Source: an uncultured Acidobacteriota bacterium
GTDB lineage: Bacteria > Acidobacteriota > JAQAZP01
Direction of reading: 5' to 3'
Assembly: GCA_963836075.1 (NCBI GenBank)
Contig: CAWIIB010000009.1
Location: forward strand, 192,001 to 256,000
Length of the DNA: 64,000 nucleotides
Each line of letters starts with the position of its first letter. Within the stretch, counting starts at the first letter, position 1. This document shows positions 1-7,859 of this stretch, piece by piece. Under the pieces are notes generated by a model. It ran no database searches and was not told the origin of the DNA. It saw nothing but the letters and a program-made list of their open reading frames with translations. The position numbers were made by a program, and so were the translations under genes.

Positions 1-55
1 CACCGTCGAAGATGCGGTCCGGCTGCAGGGCAGCAAGATCAAGGGCAGTAGACAT
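1..55 (-). CDS. 5' end of a gene running off the window, possibly a second TusA-family sulfur carrier
   Basis: ATG at 55 with GGAGGAG RBS; MSTALDLAALQPDRIFDG resembles the segment preceding the 'D-G-G-D-L-x-C-G' motif of TusA-like proteins; operonic with the DsrE and TusA genes. Confidence 0.4.
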   Translation of the reverse strand, partial: MSTALDLAALQPDRIFDG

Positions 56-74
56 CCGGATCACTCCTCCGGGG

Positions 75-440
75 TCAAAATCCTACGCAGGGTGAGCCGT
101 TGGACAGCCACTCCACCAGGGCCGCGCCGCCGGCCGGCTGAGCGCCGTCCACCAGCTGGTCCTCGGTAATCCCGCGCAACTTCAGGCAGGGCGAACAGAC
201 CAGGATCCTTCCGCCGGCGGCGACGAACTTCTCCACCAGGTCCTTCAGCGGGGCAAAAGGCTCGCCCACGTTTACCTGCTCCATCTCGCCCTTCACCGCA
301 GCCCAGACACCGTCGGTGCTGAGGAAGACGATGGTTTCCTTATCGCTGCCCACGGCGGCGTTGGCCACCACGAAACCCACCGTGGCCTTGTCCGGGTCCT
401 GCTTGCAGTGGGTGATGGATACGCAAAATGTGTTTGACAC
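75..440 (-). CDS. DsrE/DsrF-like family protein
   Basis: 121 aa; VFLSTDGV and VCSPCLKLRGI (CxxC) motifs typical of the DsrE family; GGAGG RBS. Confidence 0.85.
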   Translation of the reverse strand: MSNTFCVSITHCKQDPDKATVGFVVANAAVGSDKETIVFLSTDGVWAAVKGEMEQVNVGEPFAPLKDLVEKFVAAGGRILVCSPCLKLRGITEDQLVDGAQPAGGAALVEWLSNGSPCVGF

Positions 441-456
441 GAGTGCACCTCCGACA

Positions 457-705
457 TCATTGACGATCGGGCTTTCGCTCGATCAGGTAGTAAGGATGCG
501 CCGACTCCACCAGGCGGTTGCCGGTGAGACGGCACCAGGCAGGTATTTCGACTTTCGAGCCCACATCGCGGGTGGCCAGCAGGATCTTCGACCCCGAATC
601 ACATTTGCGGATGAAGAGGTTCAGGTCGAGGAGCAGTTGTCCGCACCCCAGTTCAAGGGCGTCGAACACATCCTCAAAATGCCAGTGGCCAGGAACGGTG
701 GACAT
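457..705 (-). CDS. TusA/SirA-family sulfurtransferase
   Basis: 82 aa; DALELGCG and EIPAWCRLTGN motifs. Confidence 0.8.
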   Translation of the reverse strand: MSTVPGHWHFEDVFDALELGCGQLLLDLNLFIRKCDSGSKILLATRDVGSKVEIPAWCRLTGNRLVESAHPYYLIERKPDRQ

Positions 706-878
706 CTGTAACCGTATCTATCTCTGTTGTAGGCTATCCGAAGTTTCGGATTATACTGCCATCCGACCCGTACCGCTACGTGCGGGACGGGACTTTTTTC
801 GATTCCTTGACGCCGCCCGGGGCTACGCCTATTCTGGGATACGGCACGAGCAAACAATTCCGTCCAGGGGGATGGCCG

Positions 879-2544
879 GTGAACAGCCCGAAGCAGCACG
901 GAAACAGCAGAACCGGGACCTGGTATCGAGACCCCGAACGGTTGCTCTTCGTCCTGCTGATCCTGGTCCACCTCTTCCCTCTCTGGTATTTCGACTACTT
1001 CCCCTCCCAGGACGGGCCGGCCCACCTGAACAACGCCAATGTGATCCGGGCCTACAACCTGCCGGAGAGCACCCACTTCCGGCAGTACCTACCAGCTGAG
1101 CAAGCACCCCGAACCGAACTGGTCCGGTCACCTGATCCTCGCCGGCCTGACCTGGGTGGTTTCGCCGCTCACCGCGGAGAAGATCCTGCTCAGCATCTAC
1201 GTCCTGCTCTTTCCCCTGCTGCTGCGCTACGCCCTGGTGCAAATACGGCCCGATGCCGGTTTTCTCGCCATCCTCGTCTTCCCCTTTATCTACGGCTACC
1301 CGCTCCATCTGGGGCTCTACAACTTCTCCCTCGGCCTGGCCCTGCTCTTCCTCCCCCTGGGCTACTATCTCAAGCACGGCGGGCGGTTTACCCTGGGCCG
1401 CACACTGCTGCTGGCCCTGATGCTGATGGTGCTCTACTTCTCGCACTTTATCGCCCTGCTGGCGGCCGGCCTGGCCATCGGCACCATGACCCTGTGGCAA
1501 ATGGCGGCGCAGTGGCTTGACCGGCGGAAGCGGGGTGAGAGCACCGGCCCGGCAGACCTGGCGCGGCTCTTCCGGCAGTACGCCCTGGGCCCGCTGGCCG
1601 CCCTGCTGCCCCCCGCCCTGCTGGCCGCGGCCTTTCTGGAGCGGCAGGGCGCCGGCCACATCACCGGGAACTCGATCCGGGAGCTGGCCCTCGCGGCGGC
1701 GGGCCTGTTCTCGCTGGTCTCCTTCCACCCCCGGGAGCAGTACTGCACCTGGACGCTGGCCGCGATCTTCTTCATCGTCGCCGGCGGGCTCTTCCTGCTG
1801 CGGCTGGTCCGCCGGGAGCTGGGGGTGAAGGAGGGGCTGCTGGTTGTTGCCGCCGCCTTCGGCCTGGTCTACCTGCTGGCTCCGGCAAAGATGTCGGGCG
1901 GCGCGGTGATCAACGAGCGGCTGATGCTGCTGCCCTTCCTGATGCTGGTCCTCTGGTTCGGGACGGCGGCGTGGCGGGGCGCGGCCCGGGCCGGGCTGCA
2001 GGCGGCCGCCGCGCTCATCGCCCTGGCCCTCTTCGGCATGCACGCCCAGGACTATGCCCGGGTCAACGACTACCTCGACGAGTATCTCTCGGCGGCGGAG
2101 CTGATCGAGCCGCAATCGACGCTGCTGGCCCTCTCCTTCTCCCACCAGGGGCACACGCCCCAGGGGCGGGTGCTCACCCGGCGCTTCGGCCCGTTCATCC
2201 ATGCCTCGGGCTACATCGCGGCCCAGCGGAACGTGGTGGACCTGAAGAACTACGAGGCCACCACCGGCCACTTTCCGGTGGTCTACCGCCCCGAACTGGA
2301 CCCCTACACCCACATCGGCGTGAACCACGGCCTGGAACGGCAACCGCCGCTGGTCAACTTCCTCGACTACGCCGAACGGACCGGCGGCAGCGTCGACTAC
2401 GTCCTGCTCTGGGGTATCCGCGACCGCCAGCGCTACCTCGAACCGACCCTGGAGATCTTGTACCAGCTGAACCAGGGCTACGAGCTGATCCACACCTCCC
2501 CGCAGCGCGGATACACGCAGCTGTGGCGCCGCAAGGATTTTTAA
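879..2544 (+). CDS. Polytopic membrane protein, GT-C glycosyltransferase-like (one frameshift near 1089)
   Basis: First TM followed by YFPSQDGPAH loop, then many TM helices; removing one C at TACCTAC (~1089) joins the ORF 780 frame to the ORF 1156 frame (QYYQLSKHPEPNWSGHL). Confidence 0.6.
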
Positions 2545-2579
2545 GCACCCCACAACCAGACCGGCACCGATGGGTCACA

Positions 2580-2653
2580 GGTTCTCCAACTGTTGCCTCC
2601 GAGCGACGTTGGAGCGCTTCGCGACCGGAGCGAGGGGTAACAGTTGGAGAACC
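2580..2653. repeat. Palindromic intergenic element, copy 1 (REP-like)
   Basis: Arms GGTTCTCCAACTGTTGCC / GGTAACAGTTGGAGAACC around core GAGCGACGTTGGAGC..GCGACCGGAGC; lies between convergent genes; core shared with 7766-7853. Confidence 0.75.
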
Positions 2654-2669
2654 AGGGCCACCGCACCGG

Positions 2670-3431
2670 TCAGAGCAGCCAGGGGATCAGCGCCTTCCGC
2701 TGCGGAGGGTAGTCGGGGAAGGTCTCACGATACCAGCGGTGGTGGTGCAGCGCCCGCGGCACCAGGTTGGCCGCGGTCCAGACCAGGAAGGCCACGCCGG
2801 GCAGCGACCAGGTGAGCAGGGCCCACCCGGCCCACTCGATGATCTCACCGAAGTAGTTGGGGCAGGAGATCAGTTCATAGAGGCCGCCGCGGGGGATGCC
2901 GTAGCGCCCGCTGCACTGCTGCCGCAGGCGGCGCAGGCGGCCGTCGGCCCAATGGTTGATCACCATGCCGAGGAAGAAGAGCAACAGGCCGGCGATGAAC
3001 CGGGGGTCGCTGCACCAGTGGCGGTACTGGTCGGCGGCGAGGGTGAAGAGCCAGCGGCCGTTGAGGTAACCGTTGACCACGTTGAACAGCATCCCGGAGA
3101 GGACGATGAACAGCGGCATCGACCCGCCGCCGCGCATGCGGAAGGGGAAGACCAGGGCCCGGTAGATGTAGTGGGACTGCCAGATCAGCAGAAAGAGGAG
3201 GGGGACGGTGGAGAAGGGGTCCCGGCCCAGCAGCCAGAAGGCGCCGAAGACCACCACCACCGTGCTCTCCATCATCACCCAGCCGGCCCGGGCGCTGATT
3301 TGCGGGCCCCAGCCCGGCCGCAGATGGCGGCCGTAGGGCGCCGGAATGAACAGCAGGACCAGGAAGGTCACCGCCGAGAGGCCGAACCAGCCGGTGATCA
3401 ACCACTGGAAGAAGCCGTGTTCATCGATCAT
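2670..3431 (-). CDS. 3-oxo-5-alpha-steroid 4-dehydrogenase (steroid 5-alpha-reductase, SRD5A family)
   Basis: APYGRH, GWVMME, HYIYRA, YGIPRGGLYELISCPNYFGEIIEW, NLVPRALHHHRWY and YPPQRKALIP motifs, all hallmark SRD5A motifs. Confidence 0.92.
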   Translation of the reverse strand: MIDEHGFFQWLITGWFGLSAVTFLVLLFIPAPYGRHLRPGWGPQISARAGWVMMESTVVVVFGAFWLLGRDPFSTVPLLFLLIWQSHYIYRALVFPFRMRGGGSMPLFIVLSGMLFNVVNGYLNGRWLFTLAADQYRHWCSDPRFIAGLLLFFLGMVINHWADGRLRRLRQQCSGRYGIPRGGLYELISCPNYFGEIIEWAGWALLTWSLPGVAFLVWTAANLVPRALHHHRWYRETFPDYPPQRKALIPWLL

Positions 3432-4408
3432 CGAGCCAGCTTCCCGTGGGATTCGAACCAGTTGTAGACATCTTCCACTGTTTCACGCACCGGCCGGGCC
3501 GTGTGGCCCAGTTCGCCGGCGGCCTTGCCGCACTCCACCCGGCGGTTGCCCCGCAGGGCGCCCAGGGCTTCCGGCGTGAAGAGGGGCCGGGTGCCGGTGA
3601 GCCGGGCCGCCAGCAGGGCCGGTGGTGCGGCCAGGCGGGCCAGCCACATGGGTGAGGTGAAGAGCGGTGCCCGCACCCCGGTCACCTCCGCCGCCAGACG
3701 GGCCAGGCCGCGGATCGACAGCCAGTGGCCGCCCAGAAGATAGGTCTGTCCGGGCCGGCCGGCTTCGGCGGCCCGCATGGCGCTGGAGACCACGTCCCGC
3801 ACATCCACCCAGTTGAATCCGCCGTTGACCAGCCCGGGGAGCCGCCGGTGGTGCAGGTCGAGGAAGACCTGGCCCATGGCCGAGGGCTTGTAGTCTCCGG
3901 GGCCGATGACCCCCGTGGGGTTGACCACCACCACTTCCAGGCCCTGGGTATTCCCGGCCAGCGCTTCCGCCTCGCCCCGGGCCTTGCTCTGGTCGTAGGC
4001 GTACGCCTCCTCGCCCACTGGAGGGCGACTCTCATCGAGCGGCTGGTCCAGCGGGTTCTGGCGCAGGGCGTGGATCGAGCTGAAGTGCACCAGCCGGCGC
4101 ACACCGCACTGCAGACAGGCGGTGACCACGTTCCGTGTGCCATCCACATTGACCTGCTGTACCGCTCCCCCGTCGCCGCCGGCAATGGAGATCCGCGCGG
4201 CCAGGTGGTAGACCAGGCCGGCCCCGCGAAAGGCCCGGACCAGCGAGTCGCGGTCCAGCAGGTCGGCCTCGGCCAGCTCCAGCGGCAGCCCGTCCAGGGC
4301 GCGGGTATCCCGGTGCACCAGGGCCCGGCACGACTGCCCTTTCTCCAGCAGCGCCCGGACCAGGTTGGCGCCGATGTGGCCCGCTGCGCCGGTGACGACA
4401 ATCATCAT
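3428..4408 (-). CDS. Extended SDR, NAD-dependent epimerase/dehydratase (3beta-HSD / HpnA / dihydroflavonol reductase-like)
   Basis: TGAAGHIG Rossmann motif, YDQSK catalytic motif, VNPTGVIGPGD; stop overlaps the SRD5A start (ATGA). Confidence 0.85.
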   Translation of the reverse strand: MMIVVTGAAGHIGANLVRALLEKGQSCRALVHRDTRALDGLPLELAEADLLDRDSLVRAFRGAGLVYHLAARISIAGGDGGAVQQVNVDGTRNVVTACLQCGVRRLVHFSSIHALRQNPLDQPLDESRPPVGEEAYAYDQSKARGEAEALAGNTQGLEVVVVNPTGVIGPGDYKPSAMGQVFLDLHHRRLPGLVNGGFNWVDVRDVVSSAMRAAEAGRPGQTYLLGGHWLSIRGLARLAAEVTGVRAPLFTSPMWLARLAAPPALLAARLTGTRPLFTPEALGALRGNRRVECGKAAGELGHTARPVRETVEDVYNWFESHGKLAR

Positions 4409-4604
4409 TGCACCACGAAAGGTCGAGAATGTGTAAGTTCAGTCCGCTTGCCGGAACAGTTTCTTAATGGTGACACACCCGGAGCGCATTGACAATTGTC
4501 CCTATTGCCTATCAGAGAACTTGATCAAATGTGGCCCCCCCGGTAGAATGCCGGCAGAGAAGCACTTCAACCTGCACATAAAGAATCGGGAAGGGGACTA
4601 TGCC

Positions 4605-5822
4605 GTGAAACGTATTCTGCTCGTCATTCTGGTGATCTGCGGCCTGGCACTGTCAACCCGGGGGTTCGCCTCCGGCTGGGACAACTCACTGATCGGGGCC
4701 CGGGCCGGCGGCATGAGCTCGGCCTTTGCCGGGCTGGCCGACGATGCCACCGCCATCTTCTACAATCCCGGTGGGTTGGCCTTCACCGGGGACAAGGGCG
4801 AAATCATCCTGGTGGGCAAGCAGTACTGGCCCGAACACAGCTACACCCCGTTCGGCGGCGACGAGGTGGTGACCAAGACCCCCACATTCCTCCCCGAACT
4901 GTTCGCCTACACCCGTCTGGACGAGCACGTCACCATCGGCCTCGGCATCTACAACGCCTATGCCGGCGGCGGCATCGAGTGGCTGGCCGAGGATGTGGGG
5001 ATCGGTGTTGACGGTTCGATCTACGTCACCTCCATCACGCCCACGGTCAGTTTCCGGTTCAACGACTGGCTGGCCCTCGGCCTCAATCTCAACTACTACC
5101 TCGGCAAGAGCGACCAGTCGTACCAGGATCCCAACGCCGGGTACACCGATGTCAGCAGGTTCAGCTCGGACGAGGACGACTACTCCCTGTCCATCTCCAG
5201 CGGCATCTTTTTCAAGCCCAGCGACCGCTGGTCAGCCGGCCTCACCTGGCACGGCCCCAGCGACATGAACCTCACCGGCAAGACCGACCTGGAGACCTTT
5301 GTTTTCGCCGGCACCTTCGACTCCAGCACCCGGTTCAGCCTCCCCTGGTGGACCGCCCTGGGCGGCGCGTTCCACATCTCCGACAAGTGGAAGCTGGTGG
5401 CCGAGTGGGACTACTTCGACTGGTCGTCCATGGACAAGCTGGACAAGACCATCTCCAACACCCCCTTCGGTGATATCACCGAAGAGCAGTTCACCGGGTT
5501 CGACGACGCCAGCTACTTCCAGTTCGGCACCGAGTATGACATCTCGGAGAGCTGGACCATCCGCGGCGGCCTCTCCTACGAGCAGCGGGCGGTGCAGGCG
5601 GAATACCTCTCGCTGACCAACGTGGACGTGAGCAAGCGGCACCTCTTTGCCGGGGCCACTTACAATTACAACAAGTGGCACTTCGACCTCGGCGGGTTCT
5701 ATTCCATGGGGAAGGAACTCTCCACACCGCAGGACGGCGAACCGATGGGGCGGTTCAACCTCCCCGGCACCTACAACATCGATGCCGCCGGACTGCTCTT
5801 CGCGGTGGGCCGGACGTTCTAG
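4605..5822 (+). CDS. OmpP1/FadL/TodX-family outer-membrane transporter for hydrophobic compounds
   Basis: GTG start with signal peptide; GARAGGMSSAFAGLADDATAIFYNPGGL N-terminal signature; amphipathic beta-strands; C-terminal Phe. Confidence 0.88.
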   Translation: MKRILLVILVICGLALSTRGFASGWDNSLIGARAGGMSSAFAGLADDATAIFYNPGGLAFTGDKGEIILVGKQYWPEHSYTPFGGDEVVTKTPTFLPELFAYTRLDEHVTIGLGIYNAYAGGGIEWLAEDVGIGVDGSIYVTSITPTVSFRFNDWLALGLNLNYYLGKSDQSYQDPNAGYTDVSRFSSDEDDYSLSISSGIFFKPSDRWSAGLTWHGPSDMNLTGKTDLETFVFAGTFDSSTRFSLPWWTALGGAFHISDKWKLVAEWDYFDWSSMDKLDKTISNTPFGDITEEQFTGFDDASYFQFGTEYDISESWTIRGGLSYEQRAVQAEYLSLTNVDVSKRHLFAGATYNYNKWHFDLGGFYSMGKELSTPQDGEPMGRFNLPGTYNIDAAGLLFAVGRTF

Positions 5823-5999
5823 CCCCCATTTCTCACCGTGCTTCGTCGCGAGGAGACGGAGATGCCCGTGAACACAAGGCTTGCGAGGAAGGCCCGGCGA
5901 AGGCGTATTTTCAATACGTCGAGGTGGGCCGACCGAGCATAACGCAGTGGGCTCCGGCATATCCGGCTCCGCAGCAGATGGACTGTGAGAAATGGGGGC
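5822..5999. repeat. ~180-bp non-coding element with terminal inverted repeats (MITE/REPIN-like)
   Basis: GCCCCCATTTCTCAC at 5822 pairs with GTGAGAAATGGGGGC ending at 5999; internal palindrome CGTATT-TTC-AATACG; lies between convergent stops. Confidence 0.7.
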
Positions 6000-6008
6000 A
6001 AGGTGGAA

Positions 6009-6797
6009 TCAGCGGAGCAGCTCTTCCGCTCTGACGGCGTATTTCCCGCACAGAGCTTCGCAGGGATATTTCGCGCAGATGTCCAGGACACGCTGGAGGC
6101 TGGTGGCCGCTTCGTATGGCTGGCCATCGGCGAAGAGCGCCTCGCCGAGGAAGTAGTGGTTGGCCGGGTGGCCGGGGTGATCGGCCACTGCCAACTGGAG
6201 CAGTTCGATCCCCTCCTCCACATCACCCGGTCCGGCGGGCCACCCCGGCGCCTTGACCAGCAGGGTGCCCAGGGCCCTGAGTGGCGCCCCATCGTCGTAA
6301 GACGGGTCCAGATCCACCGCCCGCTCGAAGAATTCGTGGACCCGGCCCAGCTTGCCCGGCCCGGGGATGCGGGCCGATTCCAGTTGCAGGCCGAGCAACG
6401 CACCGCATAGAAAAACCGTGTCCACCCGTTCGCCGATGGTGGCGAGAGCGGTTTCGGCATATTCCACCCCCCGGCCGGCCAGTTCTCTCCGCCCAGCGCC
6501 GTCCAGCGATTCGTCGAACTCCAGCAGCCAGGCCGTGGCCCGCGCCGCGTGGAGGTTGGCCATGGGGTGCTCCTGTTGCCGGTCCAGCACGGCCTCGGCC
6601 GCTGTCAGCGAGAGGGCAACCCCTTCGACGGGTCCGCAGGGGTTGAAAGAGGAAACGGCCAGGTGAAGCAGGTCGGGGATCTCATCAGGGAGGACCGGCT
6701 GGTCGGCCTGGGCCGGTTCGGGCGGACGGTGGGGCGCCCCGCAACCGGAGCCCAGCAGCACAAGCAGGATGAGGATGGTGACGGTCCTGGGGATCAT
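6009..6797 (-). CDS. TPR-like lipoprotein, TatT/BstC-like sterol-binding protein
   Basis: Lipobox LLGSGC; helical repeats; GAPLRALGTLLVKAPGWPAGPGD...HPGHPANHYF segment resembling BstC (recalled, not searched); ATGA-coupled to the upstream gene. Confidence 0.7.
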   Translation of the reverse strand: MIPRTVTILILLVLLGSGCGAPHRPPEPAQADQPVLPDEIPDLLHLAVSSFNPCGPVEGVALSLTAAEAVLDRQQEHPMANLHAARATAWLLEFDESLDGAGRRELAGRGVEYAETALATIGERVDTVFLCGALLGLQLESARIPGPGKLGRVHEFFERAVDLDPSYDDGAPLRALGTLLVKAPGWPAGPGDVEEGIELLQLAVADHPGHPANHYFLGEALFADGQPYEAATSLQRVLDICAKYPCEALCGKYAVRAEELLR

Positions 6798-7645
6798 GGA
6801 ACTGGGTCCACTTTTCCGTATTGACCGATCAACCCGTCGAACACGCCTTCGGGCACCGGCCTGAAGCCCGAGATGCCGTACGTCTCGCATATCGCCGATC
6901 CTTCATCACCGCTGCAGAAATCGGCAGTGGCGGCGAGGAGCGCCTTTGCGTCCTCGTCCGTGGCGGTCCCCTGCACGGCGAAGATGCCGGTGTTGGGCAG
7001 CGGCGGTGAGGACCAGATGGTGGCCAGCTCCCCGGCAAAAGGCAGCGAGGCCAGACCGCCGTTCTCGGTGTCATCGAGGATCACCGCGTCCAGGTCTCCC
7101 CGGCACAGCTTGCGCAGCGACGACAGCGCCCGCCCCTGGGTGGCGGTGAGGTCGGTGCCGAAGCTGAACCGTCCCGCCAGCACCACCCGCTCCACGAAAT
7201 CGGCCTCGGCCAGCGGCGCCCCGGCCAGCGTCTTGCCCTTCAGGCCGTCAAGCGTGGTGGGCCCCCCGTCCTTGCGGGCCACGATGTGGTAGCGGTGGGT
7301 GTCGCTGCCCTCCAGCAGGATCTGGTTCAGCGGCTCCAGGCCCAGGCTCGCCCGCTGGTCGAGGAAGAACCCTGGCGTGGTGAGGATGAACCCCGGCCGG
7401 TGATCGGCGATGTGGGCCAGGGCGTCTTCGGCGCGGTTGAAGTAGCAGGCGCTGACCGACTCCGGCGGCCAGCCGGCCCGCACCGCGATCTCCTTGATCA
7501 GCCGGGTCACCTGCTGGCCCGCCTCCTCCGAGGCGCTGGGCCCGCCGGGCCGCACCACCACCAGGTCGCGAGGACCGGAGTATGCCACGGTGGAGACAAC
7601 AACCGCCAAAAGGAGCATGAACACAAAAATGCGAAATCGGGTCAT
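6794..7645 (-). CDS. PhnD/SsuA-like periplasmic substrate-binding protein, BstB-like
   Basis: ATG at 7645 with GGAGG RBS and signal peptide; RYHIVARKD..TLDGLKGKTLAG and GDLDAVIL motifs of phosphonate-type binding proteins; no ABC permease or ATPase nearby. Confidence 0.72.
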   Translation of the reverse strand: MTRFRIFVFMLLLAVVVSTVAYSGPRDLVVVRPGGPSASEEAGQQVTRLIKEIAVRAGWPPESVSACYFNRAEDALAHIADHRPGFILTTPGFFLDQRASLGLEPLNQILLEGSDTHRYHIVARKDGGPTTLDGLKGKTLAGAPLAEADFVERVVLAGRFSFGTDLTATQGRALSSLRKLCRGDLDAVILDDTENGGLASLPFAGELATIWSSPPLPNTGIFAVQGTATDEDAKALLAATADFCSGDEGSAICETYGISGFRPVPEGVFDGLIGQYGKVDPVP

Positions 7646-7765
7646 CCGGTCAGTCTCCTCCCTCCGGCAAACAGGCTTCAGCCGGGTATTTACAGCAATT
7701 TCACATTCTGAACGATACCAGATGCCGCCGGAATGGCGCAACGGAACGATCCGGGGCCGGGGGAA

Positions 7766-7853
7766 TCGGGCCAGGTCGTGCACTGTTGCTGCTGAGCGAC
7801 GTTGGAGCCGCAGGCGACCGGAGCCAAGCGTAACAGTGCATGACCTGGCCCGA
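7766..7853. repeat. Palindromic intergenic element, copy 2 (REP-like)
   Basis: Arms TCGGGCCAGGTCGTGCACTGTTGC / GTAACAGTGCATGACCTGGCCCGA; same core as 2580-2653. Confidence 0.75.
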
Positions 7854-7859
7854 AAGTAT

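Noticed and set aside
6794-7645. Phosphonate ABC transporter (phnD)
   Set aside because: No phnC/phnE or C-P lyase genes; the context with MMPL and a TPR lipoprotein fits a lipid-binding role better
2580-7853. Integron attC sites
   Set aside because: No consistent RYYYAAC/GTTRRRY boxes in both copies, no integrase, and the flanking genes are not arranged as cassettes
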